DNA of 55,157 nucleotides from IMG/VR virus record IMGVR_UViG_2721755660_000006, positions 1 to 55,157 of that record; one strand, written 5' to 3'. This document shows positions 45,410-53,964 of the stretch, in pieces. This DNA comes from a virus (taxonomy: Duplodnaviria; Heunggongvirae; Uroviricota; Caudoviricetes). The notes beneath the pieces were generated by a model. It did not search any database and was not told the DNA's origin. It saw only the letters and a list, made by a program, of their open reading frames with translations. The position numbers and the translations under genes are program-made. The stretch's first letter is position 1; every line of letters starts with the position of its first letter.

Positions 45410-45661
45410 TTAATGATAGCGGACTTTATCCAGGGGTTTTTCCCCTAAATGTCGTGGTTGCGTTGCGTGGTAGTAGCTGCCGCTTTCATTTTCCGTATAC
45501 CATTTTACTGATCCTTTGCGACGTTCTTTAATGCTATTTGGTTTGCATCTTTCCTCGTTTGCAAATCGAATAGCTTTATCCACATTGTCTGTTTTATTGA
45601 TTGCAGGTGATGATTTTCTTTCGTTTTCTCTTTTTATCCTTCTGCGTTCCCTGGCATTCAT
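45410..45661 (-). CDS. N-like antitermination protein candidate (arginine-rich motif)
   Basis: MNARERRRIKRENERK resembles the lambda N arginine-rich motif (MDAQTRRRERRAEKQ); first gene leftward of the cI-like gene. Confidence 0.45.
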   Translation of the reverse strand: MNARERRRIKRENERKSSPAINKTDNVDKAIRFANEERCKPNSIKERRKGSVKWYTENESGSYYHATQPRHLGEKPLDKVRYH

Positions 45662-46200
45662 TTTGCTATCACATTTACCATATATAATTGTAACGCTCAT
45701 AATCTGATCTCCGTATATCCTTGATGATACTTAATAAAAAATCATCTTCGTTAATTGCCGCACTTCCAGCGGCTGACCAGATTGTTAATGAGCGGCTTAA
45801 CATCTTTCAACTAATCCCGCAATCATCGCCGTTCCCGGCGTGACCTTGCTCACTCCAAGCAAGCTGACTCGTCGCCTTGCGTGCGGTTTCGTGGGGGATG
45901 TAACGCTTTAAACACCCCATGCGCCTTGTTATCAGTGCCGCTTTCGGTCCCCAATCGGGGAGTTACTCCACGGTTGACAAGGTGTTAAGCCTGATTTTTA
46001 AAGTGCCAGGAAGTTGCTTTTGTTACCTGCGCCCTTCCTTTGACTCGCAATATACGCCCCGTAAAACATCGAGTCAATCCATTTTGTATACTTTTTTAAA
46101 ATATTTTATATGTCATTGATATTTAAATAATAAATAACGTTTTCTGTTTACGTTTTGGTGTTTTCCAGGCAAAGAAAAGCCGCCATTCGGCGGCTAATGT
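45662..46200 (-). promoter_or_regulatory. cI-to-N intergenic region (candidate pL/nutL-type region)
   Basis: About 540-bp non-coding gap between the repressor and the N-like gene; inferred from lambdoid organisation only. Confidence 0.3.
46170..46198 (-). terminator. Rho-independent terminator after the cI-like gene
   Basis: GCCGCCGAATGGCGGC hairpin followed by TTTTCTTTG on the minus strand. Confidence 0.65.
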
Positions 46201-46848
46201 TTATGGCAGGTTTACGATCTTCGCATCAACCACCACGCCTATAATTTTTGATTCTGGATTCATAGGGATTGGCGGATACAGCGGATTCAGCGAACGTAAA
46301 AGCCTTTGACCTCCATCAATAATCAACTGTTTAAACGTCGGTATCTGCCCTTCCTCAAGCTGGGCTATAACCAGTTTGCCGTCAATAGCTGGCGCGTGCG
46401 GGTCAACAAGTATCATCGTCCCCGCCGGGATGCTCAACCCCTGCGGCGCGTTCATTGATTCACCTTTGGCAACCAGCCAGTAACTATCATCTGAACAAAT
46501 AACGCTAGTCGTAACGTGTGGTAATGCTGATCGCCTTGTGTCATCCATATTGTTTACTGTGTCCTTCCAGTCAATAACCGGGTAACTACCTAAATCACGC
46601 GGCGGTGCGGCCTGAAGTGTATTAGAAACAGAATCATCAATGACCATACCATCATGTGTAACAGTGAACTGACGACGCCCAAGCGCCCGCATAATCCGCG
46701 CAATATCTTCAAGATTTGGCTCGCGGCGACCGTTAAGCCAGTGTGACAGGCCGCCTTTAGTTATCCCCATGAGATCTGCGAGTGAATCCTGACTCATGCC
46801 CTGCGCCCGCATGAGCTGCTTTGCTAAGTCATACCATTTTGTTTTCAT
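46201..46848 (-). CDS. CI-like repressor (HTH plus S24 LexA-type peptidase domain)
   Basis: 215 aa; N-terminal HTH (MSQDSLADLMGITKGGLSHWLNG) and C-terminal S24-like autocleavage region with GESM and DGKLVIAQL. Confidence 0.85.
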   Translation of the reverse strand: MKTKWYDLAKQLMRAQGMSQDSLADLMGITKGGLSHWLNGRREPNLEDIARIMRALGRRQFTVTHDGMVIDDSVSNTLQAAPPRDLGSYPVIDWKDTVNNMDDTRRSALPHVTTSVICSDDSYWLVAKGESMNAPQGLSIPAGTMILVDPHAPAIDGKLVIAQLEEGQIPTFKQLIIDGGQRLLRSLNPLYPPIPMNPESKIIGVVVDAKIVNLP

Positions 46849-46869
46849 GTCGCTACCCTATAACCTCAA

Positions 46870-46980
46870 AAAGTTTGATGCAAGTCACAAAACGTGTATT
46901 TTAAGCCTTGATCTTAAAATTCCATTTTGTAAACTTGCAGACAAGGTAAGGCCATACTTGCAAAGACGCAAGGAAAAAGA
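46870..46980. promoter_or_regulatory. Operator-like palindromes in the repressor/cro-position intergenic region
   Basis: Repeated half-site ACTTGC/GCAAGT: GCAAGTCAC near 46873, ACTTGCAGACAAGG near 46930, ACTTGCAAAGACGCAAGG near 46959. Confidence 0.4.
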
Positions 46981-47154
46981 TAACGGAAGGCACAAAAAGG
47001 CACTTACCTTAAGCTCTTTAAAAATCCGGTGTCGCTGCGAAGCGAAAAACAAATATCACGCAACGGCGGGATCTGTTGAGCGGTCAGTCACTGCTATCTA
47101 ATGCTAATGGGATGCCCGCCCGCGCGTTCACTCTAACCATAGGAGAAAAACAAG

Positions 47155-47409
47155 ATGAGTATGCACATGATGAATGAAGCATGGAACGTAAAACTTAACA
47201 GCCCGATCCAAAAACTTGTCTTAATTGCGTTTGCAGAAAAGGCAGACAACAAAGGCCGCGCACATGCTTCACGCGAAGAGATCGCAAAAGTGTGCGAACT
47301 GCCACTGCATACTACTGTTGACGCATTAAATTCATTGATCCGCAAAGGATTCATTAAACGCGCTGACGAATACGGCGACATTTATGACATTGCATTGCCG
47401 GAGGAATGA
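47155..47409 (+). CDS. HTH DNA-binding protein in the Cro position (replisome-organiser-type winged helix)
   Basis: 84 aa; KLVLIAFAEKADNKGRAHASREEIAKVCELPLHTTVDALNSLIRKGFI; stop 3 nt before the next gene. Confidence 0.55.
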   Translation: MSMHMMNEAWNVKLNSPIQKLVLIAFAEKADNKGRAHASREEIAKVCELPLHTTVDALNSLIRKGFIKRADEYGDIYDIALPEE

Positions 47410-47412
47410 TCT

Positions 47413-48471
47413 ATGAAGTGGTTTAAGCATGATAGCGATGCGAACCGCGATGAAAAACTTCAAAACGTTTTATTAGATTATGGCCTGGAAGGGTACGGGC
47501 TTTATTGGTATTGCCTAGAACTAATAACTTATGACGTAGATCAGCACAATCTAACTTTTGACCTACGACATGACGCAAGAATAATTGCGCGAAACGTCGG
47601 ATCTACTGAAAAACGTATAGAAGAAATGATGAAATACTTCATCGAAATTGGTTTGTTTGAATGTTCTCAAGGCCACATAACTTGTTTAAAGTTATTGAAA
47701 AGGCTGGACCAATCAATGACTTCTAAAAGCGCTTACAGGGCCGCCATAAACACAGCGAAGGAGCAATTAAAATTAGAAAAGTTAATCAATCCAACACAAA
47801 AAGGTCATGATAGGGTCATGACCGGGTCAGGAAAGGGTCATGAATTAGAATTAGAATTAGAAGTAGAAAAAGAAAGAGAAAAAGATATATACACTTCGTG
47901 TATTGTCGAAAATGAACAAAAAATGGTCAATCAGGATGGCGTAAACGAAGCGGCATTGCGTTGCCTTGCCTTCTACAACGACAAGGCAGGATGCAAATGT
48001 CGTGATGCTAAGCCATTCGTAGAACTACTGACAGAAACAAAAACACGTAAAGCGTATACGGAGGATGAGATCACATTAGTGATTGAGTGGGCTTTAACCC
48101 AATGGCGTAGCCGTGGTGGAGTACCTAAGCCTATCAACATTTGCCGGGTAACTAAGTTTGATGGGTATTTGGCTGATGCTGAACAATGGCGCAAGCTATC
48201 AGCTACTGTAAACGCTGCCGACGTGGTGGAAGCATTTAACAGCACGTTTGACGGCCTGTTACCACCTGCCGAACTGGATCGGGATCTTGAACGCAAGATC
48301 TATGCGTTCACTGACTACCTGAAAGACAAAAGCATTAACGGCTTTGTCGCCTACTTCGAAACGTTCAAAAACACGGCTTCAGATTTTTACTTCGGCAATG
48401 GCTTCACTGCGACACTTGATTTTCTGCTTAAACCAAAAACGCTACGTGATACGCGCGCTGGCGTTCTTTGA
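47413..48471 (+). CDS. Replication initiation protein / replisome organiser (lambda O-like role)
   Basis: 352 aa; N-terminal MKWFKHDSDANRDEKLQNV...GLEGYGLYWYCLELI typical of phage replisome-organiser N-domains; internal iteron block. Confidence 0.7.
   Translation: MKWFKHDSDANRDEKLQNVLLDYGLEGYGLYWYCLELITYDVDQHNLTFDLRHDARIIARNVGSTEKRIEEMMKYFIEIGLFECSQGHITCLKLLKRLDQSMTSKSAYRAAINTAKEQLKLEKLINPTQKGHDRVMTGSGKGHELELELEVEKEREKDIYTSCIVENEQKMVNQDGVNEAALRCLAFYNDKAGCKCRDAKPFVELLTETKTRKAYTEDEITLVIEWALTQWRSRGGVPKPINICRVTKFDGYLADAEQWRKLSATVNAADVVEAFNSTFDGLLPPAELDRDLERKIYAFTDYLKDKSINGFVAYFETFKNTASDFYFGNGFTATLDFLLKPKTLRDTRAGVL
47795..47895. promoter_or_regulatory. Candidate replication origin: four GGGTCATGA-type iterons plus AT-rich repeat tract inside the organiser gene
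   Basis: AAGGTCATGATAGGGTCATGACCGGGTCAGGAAAGGGTCATGA followed by ATTAGAATTAGAATTAGAAGTAGAAAAAGAAAGAGAAAAAG. Confidence 0.55.
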
Positions 48472-48603
48472 CCAATCACGATCCGCAAAAATCCAAAATT
48501 ACCCACAAAACAACCTCATCAGCGAGCTAAATCGCATGGGGGCTACACTTGCTTACCTTTTTGCGATTAGCTTGTTATGGAGCGTTTCAGAGAGGATTTA
48601 GCT

Positions 48604-48705
48604 ATGAACGGTAAACGCATGTTCGCCCTGGCTTTCGCGATCGCGATGGCTATCGCTGTTAACGTCGCCTTGTTCGGCGGCTTATATCTACTAGTTAATC
48701 CATAA
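48604..48705 (+). CDS. Mini hydrophobic peptide (33 aa)
   Basis: MNGKRMFALAFAIAMAIAVNVALFGGLYLLVNP; GAGAGGA Shine-Dalgarno. Confidence 0.4.
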   Translation: MNGKRMFALAFAIAMAIAVNVALFGGLYLLVNP

Positions 48706-48866
48706 CTACCCTTCTACCTTAAAAATCGAAAATTAGCCACCTGATTGCGCTTCTGGCGCAAAAAAGACACTGCACCCTTACAAGTGGGTTACGCGGTGGA
48801 TTTTTGCGTTGTAGCGCGTTTTACGGAAAATAAATATACATTCTGTAAACCGGAGGAATTAACGTT

Positions 48867-49985
48867 ATGTCACAAAGAAAGATCAGCGATGAACAGTTAA
48901 TCGCTGAACATAATAACGGTCTGACGTATAAACAGATCGCAGAAAAATATGGCATGGCAAAACGCAACGTCGAACGCCTGGGCGCACGGTTGGCGAAACG
49001 CGGTTTAATATCCACGCGCCGCGCACCGGGTTTTGGCGTCAATGCTGAGTCATTGCTCGTCGATAAGGATGGCAATGTGATTATGCGCTGGATTAAAACA
49101 GCCCGTGACCGCGATGAAATGGAAATGCTAATGCAATCTGCTTGTGACGCCTTCACGGAAGAAATACCCCGCGCGGAGGCCGTGCCAGTGCCGGAAATTG
49201 ATTTTCAAAAAAGCCTGGCCCTTTATCCGGTATTCGATCTGCATATCGGGGCGCTTGCTCATAAAGCTGAATGCGGTGAGAGCTACGACACCGGGATCGC
49301 TGAACGCGTGCTAAATGACTTCTTCGACTACGCGGTAGGCGCTGCGCCAATGTCTGAAAAGGCTGTTTTGCTTCTCGGCGGTGATGTGCTTCACACTGAC
49401 GGCCTGTTACCAGTGACGCCATCAAGTAATCACGTTTTAGATTGTGATTCACGCTACGCAAAACTGGTTTATGTGGCGATCCGGTCGGTCCGGCGTGCGG
49501 TCGGGAAGATGTTACTAAATCATAAGGATGTCGAGATCCAGGTATTATCCGGTAATCACGACCAATCAGGTATGATCTGGCTACGTGCTGCGCTGGCGGC
49601 TTTTTACGAAGATGAACCGCGTGTGACGGTTGATGTGTCACCTGCTATCGTCCATCACACACAGTACGGCAAAACATTTCTTGCTTACCACCACGGGCAC
49701 ACTATCAAAAAGCCAGAAAATTTACTTTCTGCCTGCGTTTCTGACTGGCGGGAGGATTTCGGCAAGTCGTCGTCTGTTTACGCTCATTGTGGACACTGGC
49801 ATCACCAACGGCTGATTGAATCATCGTTGGGCGTTGTTGAGTACCACGGCACGTTAGCTGGCAAAGACGCTTATTCAACGAATGGCGGCTGGCGGTCGCG
49901 GCGGCTGGCTGCGGTAATAATTTACAGTCCTGATCATGGGGAAATCGGGCGCTTTGTTTATTACCCTGAATATTCCATTTTGTAA
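48867..49985 (+). CDS. Calcineurin-like metallophosphoesterase with N-terminal HTH-like domain (Mre11/SbcD-like motifs)
   Basis: 372 aa; motifs DLHIG, GGDVLHTDG, GNHD, HHGH, GHWHH; N-terminus LTYKQIAEKYGMAKRNVERL. Confidence 0.65.
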   Translation: MSQRKISDEQLIAEHNNGLTYKQIAEKYGMAKRNVERLGARLAKRGLISTRRAPGFGVNAESLLVDKDGNVIMRWIKTARDRDEMEMLMQSACDAFTEEIPRAEAVPVPEIDFQKSLALYPVFDLHIGALAHKAECGESYDTGIAERVLNDFFDYAVGAAPMSEKAVLLLGGDVLHTDGLLPVTPSSNHVLDCDSRYAKLVYVAIRSVRRAVGKMLLNHKDVEIQVLSGNHDQSGMIWLRAALAAFYEDEPRVTVDVSPAIVHHTQYGKTFLAYHHGHTIKKPENLLSACVSDWREDFGKSSSVYAHCGHWHHQRLIESSLGVVEYHGTLAGKDAYSTNGGWRSRRLAAVIIYSPDHGEIGRFVYYPEYSIL

Positions 49986-50003
49986 ACCGGAGGCGATGCC
50001 ATA

Positions 50004-51425
50004 ATGATAACCGAACAAGTAAACTCATTGCGGCAAGAAAGAGAATCAGCGGTTATCGGTGGCCTGCTGTTAGGTGGGCTTACTCCTAACGCGCAAGATG
50101 TTCTCGCTACGCTTGATCCTGAAGTGTTCACTATTCCGCTGTATAAGCGGGCTTTTGAAATTATCCGGGCGCAAGCCAGAAACAGAAATCTTATCGACGC
50201 CTTGCTGGTTGGTGATGAGATTGGCAACGAAAATTTTGTACCGCTGATGCAAACGGCGCGATCGTGTCCTTCTGCTGCCAATCTGAAAGGATATGCGCGA
50301 CTACTACAGGAAGAACACCAGCGGCGGCAAATGCTGGAACTAATGGAAGACATTCGCTACAAACTGGAAACGGGGACGCTTGAAGTCGTCAGGGAGACGA
50401 TGAAAGATTTTGATTCCCGGTATTCAAAATTAAAGGTAACAAAAGATCAAATTATCCCGGTGCTGTTGCGCGATGCGGTCCAGGAATACACGGAAGTGTT
50501 AAGTAAACGCATGGAGTGTGGCGTGAACTCTGACAACATCAAAACAGGGATTGACCCACTCGACGAAATGTTAGGCGGCATTAACGCTACTGATCTGGTG
50601 CTTATCGCCGGACGCCCAGGGTCTGGTAAATCGGCGTTGGCGTTGGCAATTGCCCGCGCGGCGGCTGAACGTCCATACCCTGGCGGCGAAGGTCAGCGGG
50701 TCGGCGTTTTGCTGTTCACGCTTGAAATGTCGCTCGATCAGATGACTGAACGTGCTATCGCTGGCGCTGGGAACTTATCAACGGATTGCCTACGTAATCC
50801 GGTAAAACTGGATGACGAAGGTTGGGCGCACGTCGCCCAGGGAATGAGTGCCCTTGCCGATCTCGATGTGTGGATTGTTGACGCATCGCAGTTAACGGTC
50901 GAGGAAATACGCGCCACCGTCGAACGGATGAAACAGGACCATCCTAACCTGGGGATGGTAATGATTGACTACATCGGGTTAATGAAGCTGGCTAAGGCCG
51001 AACGTCATGATCTCGCCGTAGGGCAATTGTCGTGGTCATTGAAAATGATGGCGAAAGAGTTGCGCGTGCCAGTGGCGGCGCTGGCGCAATTATCCCGCCG
51101 CGTTGAGGAACGACCGAACAAGCGCCCGAACAATTCTGATCTGCGTGATTCCGGTAATCTTGAACAGGACGCAGACCGGATCATCATGGTCTACCGCGAC
51201 GGCTACTACAACGAACAATCGGTTGCCCGCGAATATATGGAGATCATCGTTTCAAAAAACCGTCACGGGAAAACGGGGACTGTTTACCAGCGGTTTGACG
51301 ATAACGGCAACATCATCCCATGCGACCAGGCCCGCGCGGCGTCCGCTTGCATTCAGTCAATGCAACAACGTCCGGCGGCAAGTCGATTCTCCACACGAAA
51401 CAGCCAGAACAACGCATCTTTTTAA
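50004..51425 (+). CDS. Replicative DNA helicase (DnaB-like)
   Basis: 473 aa; Walker A GRPGSGKS, then MIDYIGLM and SQLSRRVEER motifs. Confidence 0.85.
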   Translation: MITEQVNSLRQERESAVIGGLLLGGLTPNAQDVLATLDPEVFTIPLYKRAFEIIRAQARNRNLIDALLVGDEIGNENFVPLMQTARSCPSAANLKGYARLLQEEHQRRQMLELMEDIRYKLETGTLEVVRETMKDFDSRYSKLKVTKDQIIPVLLRDAVQEYTEVLSKRMECGVNSDNIKTGIDPLDEMLGGINATDLVLIAGRPGSGKSALALAIARAAAERPYPGGEGQRVGVLLFTLEMSLDQMTERAIAGAGNLSTDCLRNPVKLDDEGWAHVAQGMSALADLDVWIVDASQLTVEEIRATVERMKQDHPNLGMVMIDYIGLMKLAKAERHDLAVGQLSWSLKMMAKELRVPVAALAQLSRRVEERPNKRPNNSDLRDSGNLEQDADRIIMVYRDGYYNEQSVAREYMEIIVSKNRHGKTGTVYQRFDDNGNIIPCDQARAASACIQSMQQRPAASRFSTRNSQNNASF

Positions 51426-51503
51426 TTAACTTGAGCAAACGGCTTACCGGAAAGTTGACCGCTTTCTGGTGGCTGTTTTCGCGCTTAAAACGAGGCGAAA
51501 ACA

Positions 51504-52052
51504 ATGAGCATTGAACTTGAAGCAAAAATTATCAATATCCTTGAACTTGATGGCATCGCAACAATGCACCAGCTACGCCAGAAAACCGGATTATCAGCGG
51601 AATACGACGAAGCCGGATGCTTGCCGGAAACAGTTAAACACCTGATCGACACTAATCTGGTTGAGCGGGTGTATACATATTTTGGCCCGCGCCGCCGCTT
51701 GCTGGGCTATCGAATTAAATATTTATACGAACAACGACGCGAGCGTGTAGCCGCGTTATTTACTGACTACAACGTTAGAAAGCGAATGAGAGATATTAGC
51801 GCGGAAACTGGCATTCCGTGGAATTACCTTTCGCGCACGCTGCGTTTAATGGTGCTGGATGAAACGCTTTGCATAGATACCAATAAACACGGCCTTAATT
51901 TTTACTCACTGTTTAAACCTGGTCGCTTTGGTCACGCTAATGATCTCGCGTTTGATTTTGACAGCCGCCTGAACGAATACCGGAAAAATAACGGCCTGCT
52001 ACCGGATAAACCAGTATTTGAGATCGAAAAACTCAACGGGGAACGGGGTTAG
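51504..52052 (+). CDS. Hypothetical protein
   Basis: 182-aa ORF downstream of dnaB-like gene. Confidence 0.5.
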   Translation: MSIELEAKIINILELDGIATMHQLRQKTGLSAEYDEAGCLPETVKHLIDTNLVERVYTYFGPRRRLLGYRIKYLYEQRRERVAALFTDYNVRKRMRDISAETGIPWNYLSRTLRLMVLDETLCIDTNKHGLNFYSLFKPGRFGHANDLAFDFDSRLNEYRKNNGLLPDKPVFEIEKLNGERG

Positions 52053-52056
52053 AATT

Positions 52057-52263
52057 ATGAGACGGGTAATCTTTTATTCAGTTGAAACGTTTGTCGACGA
52101 TACGCGCATTTATTATCCGTGGGAAGTATACGACGCAAAGGTGTATACACCGCCACTGATGCGGAAATATAAACACGTAAAATTTAACCGGGTTTTCGTG
52201 CCAATGCGCGATGCATTACGGGCGCTGCGTGGGGAATTAAGAAACACAATGCGGATTGTGTAA
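52057..52263 (+). CDS. Hypothetical protein
   Basis: ORF from internal Met MRRVIFYSVETF. Confidence 0.4.
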   Translation: MRRVIFYSVETFVDDTRIYYPWEVYDAKVYTPPLMRKYKHVKFNRVFVPMRDALRALRGELRNTMRIV

Positions 52264-52272
52264 GGGGGAATT

Positions 52273-52500
52273 ATGAACAAGGATTTAGAATTGACCGTGG
52301 AGGATTTAAGCACGATCGCGGAATACAAGCGCGGCGGTGATCCTGATAAACCTGTTACGGTTGATATGAAATATTTAAAAGGCGCTTTTATGACTTCTTC
52401 AAGATTGATAAGTCTTAAAGCAATTATAAAGGCGCGCTGGGAAAGTTGGCAGGAATACAAAGCGAAAAATAAGGTGAAAAGAAATAATGCGGCAAATTAG
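52273..52500 (+). CDS. Hypothetical protein
   Basis: 75-aa ORF. Confidence 0.45.
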   Translation: MNKDLELTVEDLSTIAEYKRGGDPDKPVTVDMKYLKGAFMTSSRLISLKAIIKARWESWQEYKAKNKVKRNNAAN

Positions 52501-52915
52501 ATTTGAGATAGTCAACGACGCCGTGAAAGAAAACGCTATCAGGCAGATAAGAGAGATCCAGCCTGATAGCAAAAGCCCGCTGATAATTACCATCCAGGAG
52601 AAAACCCGCTCGCTAAGCCAAAACGCGTTGCTTTGGGCGCTGTTAACCGACATTAGCGATCAGGTTAATTGGTACGGTAAGAAGCTGTCGCCGGAAGACT
52701 GGAAAGCGGTATTTACTGCCGGGCTTAAGAAATATGGCGTCGTCCCTAACCTGGATAAATCCGGCTTTGTTGTATTGGGGACATCAACCAGCCGGATGAG
52801 TAAATCAGAATTCAGTGAACTAATCGAGCTGATCTACTCGTTCGGCGCTGAACATGATGTTCAATGGTCTGGCGATACGAAATTAAACGAGGAATTCATA
52901 AAACGCTGGGGGTAA
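52487..52915 (+). CDS. ninB: NinB (Orf-family recombination mediator)
   Basis: 142 aa; near-collinear with lambda NinB (ITIQE--RSL-QN--LWA-L-D-S-QV-W-G, VVPNL, GFVV-G-STSRM, KRWG). Confidence 0.85.
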   Translation: MRQIRFEIVNDAVKENAIRQIREIQPDSKSPLIITIQEKTRSLSQNALLWALLTDISDQVNWYGKKLSPEDWKAVFTAGLKKYGVVPNLDKSGFVVLGTSTSRMSKSEFSELIELIYSFGAEHDVQWSGDTKLNEEFIKRWG

Positions 52916-52917
52916 TA

Positions 52918-53094
52918 ATGGCGCGTTATTACATGGCTAAACCTACAGGAATTTTGTATAAGGTTGATGGCGAATATGTTTATTACTTCCACAACCAGGC
53001 GCGGGAGTGGCGATTGTGTCACGCGCACTTCAAGCACGAAATAGAAAATCACCCTGAATACTTTATCAAAGTTGACAATGTAACGGTGGCGTAA
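52918..53094 (+). CDS. Hypothetical small protein
   Basis: 58 aa from MARYYMAKPTG. Confidence 0.4.
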   Translation: MARYYMAKPTGILYKVDGEYVYYFHNQAREWRLCHAHFKHEIENHPEYFIKVDNVTVA

Positions 53095-53095
53095 T

Positions 53096-53746
53096 ATGGC
53101 AAATAAAACACCTCGTGCAATAGGCACAATGCTTCACAGGTTCCGCGTTGATATTCCGCCTTTCGAAGTGACAACGTTTTCGAGCTATTACGATTTTGGT
53201 ACGGAGTATTACGCAGGATCTAAGGTTGGCGGCGAATCTTATACGTTGATGGCTAATACGTGGCGCTTTATACGTTTCTCTGAAAAGGATGATGACGGTA
53301 TGAATAAAGAAAGTGAAATCATTGATGAATTAATCGAAGATGAGCGCCATGATTGCGATGCGCCGGAAGTTACGGAATGGAAACCAGGAGAAAAGCCGCC
53401 GTGCGGCGTGTGGCTTGATTGTATTGGATTAGCAAGTGATAGAGTGATTGATGTCGTTAAGTTTTTCTACCTGGGCGATAAGTGGTCTATTGCTCACAGT
53501 AAGTTAGAAACGGGTATAGAAACACCGATTGCATGGAAACAATACTCATACCGCATTCACATTGACCCGAAAGAAAAAGCAATGACACGAATTGCGTTTG
53601 CGCTGGCTGTTGAGGTTATTGGTGAAGATGCGGCAAAAGAGATTAACTTTAACCGCGACAACGAATTTTCGCGCGATTGGCGCAATATGGCAAAAGCCAT
53701 TATTAATGGCGATATTCCTTTTACTAATTACAATGGTGATGAGTAA
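53096..53746 (+). CDS. Hypothetical protein
   Basis: 216-aa ORF. Confidence 0.5.
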   Translation: MANKTPRAIGTMLHRFRVDIPPFEVTTFSSYYDFGTEYYAGSKVGGESYTLMANTWRFIRFSEKDDDGMNKESEIIDELIEDERHDCDAPEVTEWKPGEKPPCGVWLDCIGLASDRVIDVVKFFYLGDKWSIAHSKLETGIETPIAWKQYSYRIHIDPKEKAMTRIAFALAVEVIGEDAAKEINFNRDNEFSRDWRNMAKAIINGDIPFTNYNGDE

Positions 53747-53964
53747 TGGATAAGATCGGGACAATACTTATTAACCGTGAGCAAGTGCAAAAAATGTTAG
53801 GCGGGCTTAGCAAGTCCGCCTTTTTTAAGCTCGTTAAAAAATGGAAAGAAGCGGGAACTCCTTTCCCTGAACCTGTAAAGGGGATGCCAGCATTAAAGCG
53901 CGGGGGATCTCTTTACCGTTATCAGGACGTTATTTCATTTTGTAAATCTATGGGCTTCATGTAA
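53746..53964 (+). CDS. AlpA/Xis-like small DNA-binding protein (candidate excisionase)
   Basis: 72 aa; LINREQVQKMLGGLSKSAFFKLVKKWKEAGTPFPEPVK pattern; adjacent to integrase, 3-prime ends overlap convergently. Confidence 0.45.
   Translation: MDKIGTILINREQVQKMLGGLSKSAFFKLVKKWKEAGTPFPEPVKGMPALKRGGSLYRYQDVISFCKSMGFM

Noticed and set aside
45428-45444. AGGGGTTTTTCCCCT hairpin as a terminator
   Set aside because: Lies inside the C-terminal coding region of the N-like ORF and lacks a downstream T-run in the transcribed orientation.
45700-46200. Possible tRNA or structured RNA in the repressor-to-N intergenic region
   Set aside because: No cloverleaf-compatible arrangement or conserved tRNA boxes found by eye; only generic hairpins. 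Kept solely as a putative pL/nut-type region at low confidence.
46796-47101. 101-aa plus-strand ORF overlapping the repressor gene start and the operator region
   Set aside because: Overlaps the repressor N-terminus and the intergenic operators, lacks a ribosome-binding site and is not Cro-like.
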